Positions 26,629-36,815 are shown, counted from the first letter of the stretch. The stretch is 38,023 nucleotides of DNA from a virus (IMGVR_UViG_3300033067_000465:1-38023), one strand, 5' to 3'. A program made the numbers and translations. Notes: generated from the letters alone by a model not told the origin.

Positions 26629-27482
26629 CCAAGATAGTCAAAGGAATTTTTGGCGGGAAAGACAGCAGCGCTCAAAAAGGTCAGGCAGCACAAAATGCTG
26701 CTGCAACAGATTTCATAAAAACACAAGGAGCGCAAGCTAGGAGCGATTTGTTGAGTCTTGCTCCTGCTGCCGAGAATTCAAGGAACCTAGGCTATCAGGG
26801 AGCTCTTGATGTTTTGGGCCAAACAATACCCGGCCAAATAAATGCGTTTACGTCAGGCAATGCGGCGGCTCAAGCAGCAATACTTGGCGGAGATCCAACT
26901 ATTAACACAATATCGCCAAACACATCATTTAGCAGCCAACAACTTCCTCAGTATCAAACTATTGCAGAGGCTTTAACCGGAGGAAGTTTTGAGACAAAAA
27001 ACAAACTCGCTAATATCAAAACGGATGCCGATTTGCTTATGGCTGCCGCCAATGGTGATATACCAGGGCTGAGTTCTGCTGACCGTCAATGGTATGGTCA
27101 GCTTTTGCAACAAACTCCTGGTTTTGCTCAGACATCGAATTACATATCAGACCCGGCAGGAGCTATATCTTCAGTCACCGGTAACGGAAGCGGACTGAAC
27201 GCTCAAAATCAATTAAGAATGAGAGATTTGCTTACTAAATATAATACACTGTCTCAGCCTATGCGGTCTGAAAATATGTTTGGGTCTGGAAATGCATCTA
27301 TATCAGCAGGAGATATAAGTAATTTTCTTTCAAATCCAAACTTAACGCCTGAGCAGATATTGTCTAAAATGAACTCCAGCGGAGTTAGCTTAAGTCAATT
27401 GCAAGCTGTAGCTCCTAACGATCCAAGATTTACAAACGAATCAGTAATGCCATATTTATCCAGCAAAGGTTATACAAGATAA
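26625..27482 (+). CDS. Ejection (DNA transfer) protein
   Basis: gp7-like N-terminus IFGGKDSSAQK..A; A/Q/G-rich. Confidence 0.65.
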   Translation: MTKIVKGIFGGKDSSAQKGQAAQNAAATDFIKTQGAQARSDLLSLAPAAENSRNLGYQGALDVLGQTIPGQINAFTSGNAAAQAAILGGDPTINTISPNTSFSSQQLPQYQTIAEALTGGSFETKNKLANIKTDADLLMAAANGDIPGLSSADRQWYGQLLQQTPGFAQTSNYISDPAGAISSVTGNGSGLNAQNQLRMRDLLTKYNTLSQPMRSENMFGSGNASISAGDISNFLSNPNLTPEQILSKMNSSGVSLSQLQAVAPNDPRFTNESVMPYLSSKGYTR

Positions 27483-28552
27483 TGGCTCAAACAATATTTG
27501 GCACTGGAAATTCTGCAATATCAAACAATGATATCAGTCAGTTTCTTTCTAACCCCAATCTTACGCCAGATCAGATACTATCTGCTGCAAATGCAAATGG
27601 CGTTAGTTTAAGCCAGATACAGGCGGCTGCCCCAAACGACCCTAGATTTGCTAATCAAAATGCAATGCCGTATTTGGCTAGCCAAGGATATACAGACCCG
27701 GGAGCAATGACGCAAACATCTGTGCCCGGCGCACCACAAACAGGTTTGATTGGGTCTGAAGCTGCTTTGCAGGGCGGGTTAACCGGTGCTTTTGATGCTT
27801 TGCAGCAAGGAAACACACAAGCTAATTCGGTTTTGCAGAGCGGAATATCAGCGCTCGATCCGTTTGTAAAAGCTGGAAGTTCTGCTATTGATTTGCAGGC
27901 CGCATTATCTGGGGCACTTGGGCCTGAAGCTCAGGCGCAAGCCTTCGCAAACTATAACTCAAGCCCTGGACAACAGTTTCTACAAGACCGTGGGGAACAG
28001 GCGGTGTTGCGGAATGCTTCTGCTGTTGGCGGACTTGGTGGCAGTAGAGTTTTGCAAGAATTACAGCGTCAAGGTATAGGATTCGCGCAGCAAGACTTCG
28101 GGAATCAGTTTGATAGGTTAGGGCAAATATCTAATTCAGGTCTTAATGGATTAAATATATCTTCTAACCTTACCGGGCAGATGGCAAACAATAATTATAA
28201 CTATGGAAATAATGCCGCTAATTACGCATTTAACACAGGCAATGCATTGGCATCTGGAAGAACCCGAGCAGGTGAGCAGCTTGCTGCACTTAATAGCCAG
28301 CAAGGGTCAGGAGTGTCTGACATTATTAATCAGGGCGGAAGCAACTTGGCGCAATTGCTTGCTGGAGCAGGAAATGGAAATGCTGACGCAAAAATGCAAC
28401 TTGCTCAATTACTCTCAAGTCTAGGAATGACGCAAAGCGGACAGGTGGCTGGATTGCAGGGTGTCCCAGGTATACAGCAAACACAAGGCATTCTTGGTAG
28501 TATAGGTCAGGCGGCATCCGGTATCGGAACAGCGATGATGGCATTTGCATAG
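27482..28552 (+). CDS. Ejection protein with P22 gp7-like core
   Basis: LDPFVKAG...SPGQQFLQDRGEQAVLRNASAVGGLGG motif. Confidence 0.8.
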   Translation: MAQTIFGTGNSAISNNDISQFLSNPNLTPDQILSAANANGVSLSQIQAAAPNDPRFANQNAMPYLASQGYTDPGAMTQTSVPGAPQTGLIGSEAALQGGLTGAFDALQQGNTQANSVLQSGISALDPFVKAGSSAIDLQAALSGALGPEAQAQAFANYNSSPGQQFLQDRGEQAVLRNASAVGGLGGSRVLQELQRQGIGFAQQDFGNQFDRLGQISNSGLNGLNISSNLTGQMANNNYNYGNNAANYAFNTGNALASGRTRAGEQLAALNSQQGSGVSDIINQGGSNLAQLLAGAGNGNADAKMQLAQLLSSLGMTQSGQVAGLQGVPGIQQTQGILGSIGQAASGIGTAMMAFA

Positions 28553-28559
28553 AGGGATT

Positions 28560-29807
28560 ATGGATAATCAGCCAAGTACTTACTCAAAAATAGCTAACGC
28601 ATTGCAGGGTTTTGGTGCCGGTGTTGCTGGTCAAGGGCCGTATTTTATGCACGTTCAGCAACAACAGCAACAGCAGTTGAGCGAAGGCAGAAAGATGGCT
28701 TTATTGCAAGACGCTTACACTGTGCAACAAAACTTGCAAACGGGTAATATACCTGCCGCAAGGGCGACGCTAATCAATCGTCTGTCAGCTATACGCAAAC
28801 TTGGAGGAGATCCAAGTGACACGATGGGAGTCTTACAAAAGATCGAGGATGGCGACATAGAAGGCGCTCATGCTGACGTGTCAGCAGTTGTGAATTATGG
28901 GCAAGCAGCAGGATTGCTGAAATTGCCGCAATCCGCGCAGCCAAAAACGCAGATTGTTAACGGTCAAGCAGTGACCGTAAGTCCGCAAGGCAAAGCTACG
29001 GCCTCTCCTATTGAAGGATTTGTTGCTCCGCAAGCCAAACAAAACTTACCAAAAACACAAATAGTGAACGGCCAGCTAGTCACGACAGATCCCGTAACAG
29101 GGCAGGCTACGGCATCCCCTGTGCAAGGATTAAAGCAAGACCCTATGCAAGTTGCCGATCTTAATAGCAGGGCAGCAGATAGGGCATTACGTTCCAGGGC
29201 GCTTGATATACAGCAGCAAGCTGAAAGCAGGATGGGCAATAAAATGTCAGCAGGCCTTGAAAAGGTTATGCTTGATTCCAGTCAAAAAACTGTTGATTCT
29301 CAGAAAAAAGCTAATCAATTCGATATGCTGGCCAATGATTTCGAGAAATTAAAAATTCAGGGTGGCTTAAAAGCAAATGCCACGGAATCATTAAAGGCTA
29401 TAATGGGAACTCAGGATGATGTGTCAGAATACAAGCGACAGTTTAATCAAGTCCGGCTATCTGAGGTATTAAAAAACCTTCCGCCTGGAGCGGCTTCAGA
29501 TGCGGACATTAAGAATGCAATGCAAGGATTACCTAAAGAGCATGCTAGCCCTGAGCAAATAACATCATTTCTCCGTGGCGCTGCTAAAGTCGCTAGATTC
29601 GAGGCCGGATTTAATCAATTCAGGGCGGATTACATTGGCAACAAAAGCGACGGGAAAGGTCTTAACCAGGCATGGAGAAGTAAAGTAAATTCTCCATCGC
29701 TAAAACGAGATGTATCTATAGCGGAACTTTATGAAACCGCACAGAATCGCGGAACAACTCCAGAGGATGTGGCGCAGCAACTTGGCATCAAAGGATCATT
29801 ATACTAA
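28560..29807 (+). CDS. Ejection protein (gp20 position)
   Basis: LPPGAASDADI...SFLRG motif; synteny. Confidence 0.72.
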   Translation: MDNQPSTYSKIANALQGFGAGVAGQGPYFMHVQQQQQQQLSEGRKMALLQDAYTVQQNLQTGNIPAARATLINRLSAIRKLGGDPSDTMGVLQKIEDGDIEGAHADVSAVVNYGQAAGLLKLPQSAQPKTQIVNGQAVTVSPQGKATASPIEGFVAPQAKQNLPKTQIVNGQLVTTDPVTGQATASPVQGLKQDPMQVADLNSRAADRALRSRALDIQQQAESRMGNKMSAGLEKVMLDSSQKTVDSQKKANQFDMLANDFEKLKIQGGLKANATESLKAIMGTQDDVSEYKRQFNQVRLSEVLKNLPPGAASDADIKNAMQGLPKEHASPEQITSFLRGAAKVARFEAGFNQFRADYIGNKSDGKGLNQAWRSKVNSPSLKRDVSIAELYETAQNRGTTPEDVAQQLGIKGSLY

Positions 29808-31969
29808 TGGCAGATTTGCTTGATGAATTGGGAAGTAAATCCAGTGAACGCATTGGCGGCAATGTGCGAAAGATTGGTGGAGACTTGCTAGATGAGGCCG
29901 GTATAAAATCCAATAATTACGATATGCTTTCACCACGCCTAACCGAGCAGCAAGCTAACTATACTCACACAAAACTGCTAGACCAAATCAACAACGACAT
30001 GAATTGGTTTCAGAAGGGCTTGGTCGGCGCAGGACGAGGGATGATGACAGTGGTTCGTGGTGTGGGGCTTGCTGCACAGGAAGATCCTTTGACTAAAGAA
30101 GCTTTCGGAAGGTTGTCGAAAGATAGCTTGGCCGCAAATGCTGGAGAGATAATCGGAGAATCTGCGCCATTTCTTGCTGCCGCGCCTATCGCTGGAGCAG
30201 GTCTTGCAACATCGGCAGGTAAAGTTATAATTCCCGCTGCAAAAACATTAGCTGGTAAGATAGTTGGATCAACAATTTTAGGGGCTGCTCAGGGTGGAAT
30301 ATTGGCAAATGGTAAAGGAGCCGACGCTGTTGAAACGTTGGCTTCCGCTGGTGTCGGTGGCGCTGTTGCAGGTGGTATTGAGGCTGTCATCCCTTTGCTT
30401 GGTAAGCTTGGCCGTGCGGTATTCGCAAAATTAGGGCAGGAGCCAAAAGGCCCTTTATTAACGCCTCAGGGAACTCCAACTCCAGAGCTTCAGGCGGCTC
30501 TTGATAAAACCGGAACTTCGTTTGATGATCTTACAAAAACCGCATTTGCAAGTGTGAACAAACAAGGAGTTAATCCTGAGCAAGCTACTCGTGCAGCGCG
30601 ATTTGCAGATCAAGGAATACCTGCTACTGCTGGAGATATAACGCAAGATTTTAGCAAGCAAGCATCTGAGCAGAGGTTATTACAGCAAGCTGGAAACGAT
30701 GCATCAGAGCCATTGAGACAGCTTAAACTTTCTCAAAGCGAGGCTTTTAAAGCCAAGGTCAATGAGTTGGTAGATTCTCTCGGCGTGCCAGGTGATGTTG
30801 GTGATTCGGTGAAGGAGGCTTTATCTAGTCGCAAACAAATGCTCAGAAGTGATAAAAATGCGCTTTATAAAGCCGTTGCAGAATCATCTCCAGAGATAAA
30901 GAATTTCCCGATTGTTACCGACAAGATATCTGCCGCTGTGCCGGACGCAAACACCATTGAAGATTTATCAATTACAGCACCGGAAGCAGTGAAACAAATT
31001 AAGGTTGCTCTTGCTCGCTTTGGTGTTGATAAAAGCGATGACTCAATGGAATTATTAGCTAAGGCCAAACTTAATCCACAACAATTAACCGTCGGCAATC
31101 ACGATAGGTTGCGGAAGATATTGGGCAATATTGAGAGAGCAGACCAAACCGGAGCAGCATCAATCATGACAGGGCCAATAAAGTCTGCTCTTGATGCGGA
31201 AATGGACATGGTTGATGAGCAGATAAAAGCGGCGGGAATTGCAAGCAAAAGCTCACTAGATCAATTGTCACAGGCTCGCGGTATCGTTCGCACTATGAAA
31301 ACTGAGTTTTCACCGCAAGCGATAACTGGACGTTTGATCGACGTTAAGCGCGATGGGGTAACGCCTGTTATTGAATCATCTAAGGTTATAAAAGAACTGT
31401 TAAAAAATGGCGATGCTGGCATTGAAACACTGCAAAGAACAATGCAAAGTTTGAGAAATTCAGGAGCAAGCGGACAAAAGGCTATCAGTGACTTGCAAGC
31501 ATCAGCAGTATTACATGCTCTTGATGCATCTTTAAAATCAACGTCAAGAAAAGTTAATGGAATTGAAACTGTTGGCGGCGATCAATTCGCCAAAGCTCTT
31601 AATAATCTTGGTGAAGAGCGCTTAAAAGAAATCTTTAAAGGCAATGAGAAAATGCTATCACGATTATCGAATCTTAAACAAACGGCACTTGATATGTCAC
31701 CTGCTGCTGCAGCTACTCCAAAAGGATCTGCCCCGGTAATATTGGATATCCTTAACCGAGCAGGGAGCATTCCAGGCCTGGCAGCGTTTCGGGATGCCGT
31801 GCAATACGTAGTAAAAGCCGGATCTGATGAAAGGGCTGTTCGCAGAGCGATGAACGCAAAGCCAGCATACAAGCAAGTTATTTCATCGTTTGAGAGAGAT
31901 TTTCCTGCAATCGCTTCAGCAATCGGGGTTCCGGTTGCTGTATCAAAAATTACTGAGGAAGAAAAATAA
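29807..31969 (+). CDS. Large ejection protein (gp16 position)
   Basis: 720 aa, G/A-rich hydrophobic segments, helical C-terminal part; synteny. Confidence 0.72.
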   Translation: MADLLDELGSKSSERIGGNVRKIGGDLLDEAGIKSNNYDMLSPRLTEQQANYTHTKLLDQINNDMNWFQKGLVGAGRGMMTVVRGVGLAAQEDPLTKEAFGRLSKDSLAANAGEIIGESAPFLAAAPIAGAGLATSAGKVIIPAAKTLAGKIVGSTILGAAQGGILANGKGADAVETLASAGVGGAVAGGIEAVIPLLGKLGRAVFAKLGQEPKGPLLTPQGTPTPELQAALDKTGTSFDDLTKTAFASVNKQGVNPEQATRAARFADQGIPATAGDITQDFSKQASEQRLLQQAGNDASEPLRQLKLSQSEAFKAKVNELVDSLGVPGDVGDSVKEALSSRKQMLRSDKNALYKAVAESSPEIKNFPIVTDKISAAVPDANTIEDLSITAPEAVKQIKVALARFGVDKSDDSMELLAKAKLNPQQLTVGNHDRLRKILGNIERADQTGAASIMTGPIKSALDAEMDMVDEQIKAAGIASKSSLDQLSQARGIVRTMKTEFSPQAITGRLIDVKRDGVTPVIESSKVIKELLKNGDAGIETLQRTMQSLRNSGASGQKAISDLQASAVLHALDASLKSTSRKVNGIETVGGDQFAKALNNLGEERLKEIFKGNEKMLSRLSNLKQTALDMSPAAAATPKGSAPVILDILNRAGSIPGLAAFRDAVQYVVKAGSDERAVRRAMNAKPAYKQVISSFERDFPAIASAIGVPVAVSKITEEEK

Positions 31970-32976
31970 TGTCAAGATTTGGAAGTTTAGGAACTCAGTA
32001 TTTTGATAATTCTGGAGATCCGCTAATAAGCGGCAAGATATATTTTTATGAGTCCGGGACAACAACACCCAAAAATACTTATGCTGATGAGTCTCTATTA
32101 ATACCTAATACAAATCCTGTTATTTTAACTGGAGCAGGAAGGCAACCAAATATCTTCTTTGAGGGAACTGCAAAGGCTATTTTGACAGATGGCGATGACG
32201 TTCAGATTGAGGTCAAAGACCCGGTTGGAAGTTCCAGCACCGCCAATTTTGATACATGGAAAGATTATAGAATATACGAGATTCCTGATGTTGTTGTGGG
32301 GTCAGATAACGCTTATTACATATCAACATCAGATAACAACTTGGGCAATGACCCTACAGCAGCTAACACAACCTTTTGGAGTGAGGTAGAGTTTATCAGG
32401 GTTTGGGATGCTAATATAACCTACGCACAAAACATTATAGCTTTGTATTCTGACGGCAAATTATACAGATCAAAAGCCAATGATAATATGGGGAATATAC
32501 CGTCTTCTGCCACGTCGTTTTGGGAATCGTTGTATTCTGGTGTGGGGAATAGTGTTGTAACTGTTACTGCAGGTCTTGGTTACGGATCAACAAACACTAA
32601 AATACGCAGACACAGCGTAATAGAGGAGAATTCCGGCACAGATATAACTTACACTGACAGCGTAACAGACGGAGAATCATATCTGATTAATACTGCTGGA
32701 TTGTATCAATGCACAGCAAGAGACGCAAAAGCAACAACTGGAGTTACTGTTGGAGTGTCAAAAAACAGCAATCAGCTTACAACCGCAATCACCAACATAA
32801 CTGCAGCACATAGAAAGATGCTGTGCTCAGTCAATACAGGCAATCCAACTTTAGAGAAATCTGTGATTATTTATTGCGAGGTTGGTGATATATTGAGACA
32901 GCACGATGACGGCTCAAACGACTCAACATCGTCACTCACGTCTCTGTTTAGTGTCAGAAAAGTTAACAATATTTAA
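31969..32976 (+). CDS. Tail spike/fiber with virion-binding N-terminus and two CBM-like repeats
   Basis: GDPLISGKIYFYESGTTTPKNTY...NTNPVIL; two W..Y...Y.S..N.GN.P...FW repeats. Confidence 0.8.
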   Translation: MSRFGSLGTQYFDNSGDPLISGKIYFYESGTTTPKNTYADESLLIPNTNPVILTGAGRQPNIFFEGTAKAILTDGDDVQIEVKDPVGSSSTANFDTWKDYRIYEIPDVVVGSDNAYYISTSDNNLGNDPTAANTTFWSEVEFIRVWDANITYAQNIIALYSDGKLYRSKANDNMGNIPSSATSFWESLYSGVGNSVVTVTAGLGYGSTNTKIRRHSVIEENSGTDITYTDSVTDGESYLINTAGLYQCTARDAKATTGVTVGVSKNSNQLTTAITNITAAHRKMLCSVNTGNPTLEKSVIIYCEVGDILRQHDDGSNDSTSSLTSLFSVRKVNNI

Positions 32977-32985
32977 GGAAAAATA

Positions 32986-33219
32986 ATGACTATTATAGTA
33001 AGTCCAAAAGGGGTCCGCTTATCGCAGTTGATGAGCAAAACAGAAGATACTGGAACATATGTTTATACTGGATTCGCCGATAGCGGATCTGCCGATACAG
33101 ACACGGTTTGGGCGATAATGCGAGAGACTAAAGCTGACGGTACGGTTTTGTGGAAAACAGGCCCATCAGGTGGTTTTAGCAATTCTTGGACGGCCAGAGC
33201 TTCTGGAACTTACGAATAA
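32986..33219 (+). CDS. Small tail-associated protein
   Basis: YVYTGFA..GSA..D.VWAIMR...F.NSW.AR motif, AAGGA RBS. Confidence 0.65.
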   Translation: MTIIVSPKGVRLSQLMSKTEDTGTYVYTGFADSGSADTDTVWAIMRETKADGTVLWKTGPSGGFSNSWTARASGTYE

Positions 33220-33229
33220 GGAAAATGAT

Positions 33230-34144
33230 ATGAATGAAAGTTTTCAGGTTCTAGTAATTCTGTATAAAGGATTTATACGCAGGGCATTAAATCTTCTCTA
33301 CTACATTAATGGGTCGATAATTGACCCGGCTACAGGTCTGCCGATAGAAGGAGTCGCATCATATACATTGTCAGAGTTCCAAACAGATGCCACAATTGAC
33401 TTAACAGTTTCAAGAAATGTGGAAGTAAGCAACGTTTATTCCGATACAGATTCCCAGCCATCTTTGTGGAAAATAGTTCCTACTGCGACAAACAAACGAA
33501 AGCTTGTAAGTCCGTATTTGATCTACGATACCATTGCTAATTTACAAGCAGATTTTCCTGCTGCCACTTACCCAAGCGTCCGGGCTATGATTACCACGCT
33601 CAACAATATAATTGTTCGTAGCAATGGGACCAGATACGTTCCTCAATCTGGGAGAGGGTTTATGTTTCGAGGCACATTCGGTACTCTATCAACACCAACC
33701 TTGAATACTAGCACTGGTACTACAAGTTATAATTTTAATACCGGCATGGGCACGCCTACAATACCGGCGAATATACTTGCCATAGGAGATCAGCTAAGAC
33801 TTGCATTTCGAACTCAGAAACACAATGCTAATGCCACAATCTCACATAAAGTTACCTTAGGTACTGCTGGCACTAATTCGGACGCGTATATTTGGAATGG
33901 CACTATCGCTATTACGGATTTAATTCAAACTGGCTCAACCTCGCAGATTAAAGTTACAAGCGCAACGACATTCACTACCAATTCTGTAGTTGCACAAACT
34001 GGTGTTGGTGGCATTAATACTTTATTTGAGCAGACAACTAACTTTAATATCGCTAGTGCGATGATACTTTCGATTAATGGGTCTAAGAACTCAGCAGATA
34101 CTCTGGATCTGCTAGAGTACGAGCTTGAGTGGGTAGCTTCATAA
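33230..34144 (+). CDS. Putative tail fiber / receptor-binding protein
   Basis: T/S/N-rich beta protein; ATG 33230 chosen from AAGGA RBS. Confidence 0.6.
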   Translation: MNESFQVLVILYKGFIRRALNLLYYINGSIIDPATGLPIEGVASYTLSEFQTDATIDLTVSRNVEVSNVYSDTDSQPSLWKIVPTATNKRKLVSPYLIYDTIANLQADFPAATYPSVRAMITTLNNIIVRSNGTRYVPQSGRGFMFRGTFGTLSTPTLNTSTGTTSYNFNTGMGTPTIPANILAIGDQLRLAFRTQKHNANATISHKVTLGTAGTNSDAYIWNGTIAITDLIQTGSTSQIKVTSATTFTTNSVVAQTGVGGINTLFEQTTNFNIASAMILSINGSKNSADTLDLLEYELEWVAS

Positions 34145-35127
34145 TGTCAAGGTTCGATGCTCTTGCGCCTTGGTGCAATACCGCGACAAATGCACCGAAA
34201 TTGCTATTTCATACGCGGTTCACTGGTCTTACACTTAACCCTACTCCAACGTCTTCAGGAACTTTTAAGAACTGGATTAATACATTTTCTGATACTTCAG
34301 ATTCGAGTACTGGATTTGACCTATCAACTGATATCAAAGCTTTATGGGGATCGAGTACAACCACTCAGGTGCAGTCAATATCTCAGTCAGACCTTTTAGC
34401 TGATGGTACTGACTTTGCAACTTATTTCTCACCTTCCTTGACTGATGGTAATCTAACACTGCAATGTAATGCTAGACAAGCTACAGGTAGTGGGTCTAGC
34501 AACCCACAAGAGTTACTTATTTTTACTAGATCATCAGCACAAGCAGTAGCTAATGACATTAACGAAATATGCTCTATTACTAGAGTTACTATTCCGCTTG
34601 GGCTTGATCTTCAAGCAGGTAACACAGCTACAGGATTCTTCTTCGAGATTAGTGAATTTAAGACTGGCGGATACGGCGGGTTTAATGGTAGGGGTGATCT
34701 TAGGTTAAAACTAGAGCTAAATGGGTTAAATGGTTTTAACGAATGGTCTGGAACTATTGATGACAACGCCAATGGTTACCCAAATGTCCCAGGTGTAGGA
34801 GCTTCTACCGCTACATTCTATCGTAATTTTAGTGGAGTAACTGCCGTACTTGGGGTTAAGACTACATGCTATGTGTATTTTAACCGAGCGAGAGGCCGTC
34901 TGATAATGGCTATACAGCCTGACGGAGGAACGTTTAGTGTTATTATGAATGTTACTCCAGACATGCTGGCGGCCACGGCATTAAATAAAAGCACTTTATA
35001 TGGTGTGCAGAATTTGCCGTTTACACGGATAATAACTGCAAATAATTATCTATCAGCACCAGTACCGAACCCGTTAATTTTGCACGAATATCAACTTTGG
35101 AATATACCGCCAATAGTATTGGTGTGA
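34144..35127 (+). CDS. Putative virion/receptor-binding protein (possibly lectin-like)
   Basis: Beta-rich composition; TAATG coupling; tail region. Confidence 0.55.
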   Translation: MSRFDALAPWCNTATNAPKLLFHTRFTGLTLNPTPTSSGTFKNWINTFSDTSDSSTGFDLSTDIKALWGSSTTTQVQSISQSDLLADGTDFATYFSPSLTDGNLTLQCNARQATGSGSSNPQELLIFTRSSAQAVANDINEICSITRVTIPLGLDLQAGNTATGFFFEISEFKTGGYGGFNGRGDLRLKLELNGLNGFNEWSGTIDDNANGYPNVPGVGASTATFYRNFSGVTAVLGVKTTCYVYFNRARGRLIMAIQPDGGTFSVIMNVTPDMLAATALNKSTLYGVQNLPFTRIITANNYLSAPVPNPLILHEYQLWNIPPIVLV

Positions 35128-35163
35128 CTTTTATCACATACAAATTAAAATAAGGGGATTAAC

Positions 35164-35592
35164 ATGGAGTGGCCGAAACTCACAGGTATATCCTCCATAA
35201 ATGCATTAGAAAAAGATGTCGTGACAATCAAATCTGATATCGCACATCTAAAAGATTATCAGGAAAAGTGCGAGAGAAGTCACGATTTAGCATCAACTCA
35301 TCGCAGAAAATCTGATGCTGAAATGATAAGTGTTAGCACCACTCTAAAAGCCACTCTGGACGCGCAAACAAAGAGCGGGGCTACGCAAGAAGAGATACTG
35401 AGAACACTGCAATCATTCAAGAATCAAGTAGATGACATGGCTCAATATACGCCTGCAATGAGACGCACTAACAATAAATACATAGTTTTCGATACAGTAA
35501 AAGAGTGGTGCGGATTCGTGGCTGGTATAGCTGCTGGAGTTACTCCAGTTGTTGCAATTGGTTTAGCTATTTATCATTTTCTGATAAAATAA
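35164..35592 (+). CDS. Coiled-coil protein with C-terminal TM segment (holin/XhlA-like candidate)
   Basis: Soluble coiled coil followed by FVAGIAAGVTPVVAIGLAIYHFLI. Confidence 0.55.
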   Translation: MEWPKLTGISSINALEKDVVTIKSDIAHLKDYQEKCERSHDLASTHRRKSDAEMISVSTTLKATLDAQTKSGATQEEILRTLQSFKNQVDDMAQYTPAMRRTNNKYIVFDTVKEWCGFVAGIAAGVTPVVAIGLAIYHFLIK

Positions 35593-35598
35593 GAGCCT

Positions 35599-35898
35599 AT
35601 GAAAGAAAAAACAAAAACACGTTATCTTATGCTTAATTGCCTTGCTGAGATAATTTTGAGACAAAAAAGGCAAGAATTATTAATTGGAAAAATACTCATG
35701 AAAGAAAATGAAATCGCAGAAAAATTAAACGCAATTAGCGATCAATTAACAAAAGCATCCGGTGAAATCAACGCGCAGCTGGAAGTATTGCGTAATGCTG
35801 ATCTTAGTGCTGATGCATCTGCGGCATTAGACCGATTGTCTGCAATTGCTCAGGCTCTTGATGATATCGTACCAGACGCTCCGCCAGCAGAAGCGTAA
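35599..35898 (+). CDS. Hypothetical coiled-coil protein
   Basis: QLTKASGEI...QALDDIVPD; followed by a terminator. Confidence 0.7.
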   Translation: MKEKTKTRYLMLNCLAEIILRQKRQELLIGKILMKENEIAEKLNAISDQLTKASGEINAQLEVLRNADLSADASAALDRLSAIAQALDDIVPDAPPAEA

Positions 35899-35903
35899 TA
35901 ATT

Positions 35904-35923
35904 GGGGCGAAAGCCCCTTTTTT
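35904..35923 (+). terminator. Intrinsic terminator
   Basis: GGGGC-GAAA-GCCCC-TTTTTT. Confidence 0.85.
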
Positions 35924-35982
35924 AATTTGGAGTAGACATGACCGACGAAGATATAATACCTGGATATTACGGAGCGTAAATT

Positions 35983-36465
35983 ATGACTCCAGCACAAATA
36001 CAACTTGCAATTAAATTAGGCATATACGCTGCGATAGCGCTGGTAATTGTTGGATCTTTGGCGTACTTGCATCACTCAATTTATCAATCCGGAGTAGAAG
36101 ATACTGAGGGCAAATATGAAAAACGTGATACGGAGACAGCGGCAAAGAGCGCAAAGTTATTATCAGATAAAGAAGCAGAAGTAAGAAAAGAAAATGAAGA
36201 ACAGACAAGGAGGTTAGTAAATGCAACCAAAACTTACGCGAATCATGCCAGCAATTTGCGGTCTGATGTTGATAATCTTACTAAGCGCTTGCAGCGCACC
36301 AGCACCAAGGCAAGTTGTAGTATCAACACCATGCCCGGGACAAGTAACGATAACAGCAGCAGAGAAAGCGAAGATAATGGGATTGATCGAGAAATTGCGC
36401 AAACAGTAATTGAGCTGGCTAATTTGTGTGAAATGGAAATAAATAAAATTCCGGTGGCTAACTAA
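35983..36465 (+). CDS. i-spanin (Rz-like)
   Basis: N-terminal TM, periplasmic coiled coil, C-terminal Cys; embedded lipoprotein ORF. Confidence 0.75.
   Translation: MTPAQIQLAIKLGIYAAIALVIVGSLAYLHHSIYQSGVEDTEGKYEKRDTETAAKSAKLLSDKEAEVRKENEEQTRRLVNATKTYANHASNLRSDVDNLTKRLQRTSTKASCSINTMPGTSNDNSSRESEDNGIDREIAQTVIELANLCEMEINKIPVAN
36221..36409 (+). CDS. o-spanin (Rz1-like) lipoprotein embedded in the +1 frame
   Basis: Hydrophobic stretch plus lipobox LSAC, Pro-rich mature part, fully inside the Rz-like gene; start may be the internal ATG. Confidence 0.7.
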   Translation: MQPKLTRIMPAICGLMLIILLSACSAPAPRQVVVSTPCPGQVTITAAEKAKIMGLIEKLRKQ

Positions 36466-36815
36466 TGCAAAGCGAATTAATTGATTTTATAGAAAGCCTG
36501 TCAACATCAGATCCAGAGAAACTTACTCGCGAAGATATCGACAAGATACGCTGGTTTATACGTTCAGATGGGTGCAGCGGCGTTCCGGATATTTGCGTTG
36601 ATGAGTGCATAAAGCATGACTTCTACTTCCGTACACACCATGATTTTAGTGGTAAACTGATACGCTTCGAAGAGGCTAATTCGAAGTTTAGAAACGGATT
36701 ACTGAAGAAAAGACATTACTTATTAGCATGGGAAAGATGGATCGGTGTTAGTATATTGCCGCAAGCTAAAAGGGCATGGGCTAATAAATCAATATTCCAC
36801 GGTGATGCTTCTTAG
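36465..36815 (+). CDS. Phospholipase A2-like / DUF1353-like protein
   Basis: SDGCSG.P...CIKHDFYF (DGCS...CxxHD) motif. Confidence 0.6.
   Translation: MQSELIDFIESLSTSDPEKLTREDIDKIRWFIRSDGCSGVPDICVDECIKHDFYFRTHHDFSGKLIRFEEANSKFRNGLLKKRHYLLAWERWIGVSILPQAKRAWANKSIFHGDAS

Noticed and set aside
31969-35127. Diversity-generating retroelement or invertible tail cassette
   Set aside because: No reverse transcriptase, invertase or TR/VR repeat pair seen
16239-35127. Stop-codon reassignment
   Set aside because: Structural genes are full length under the standard code
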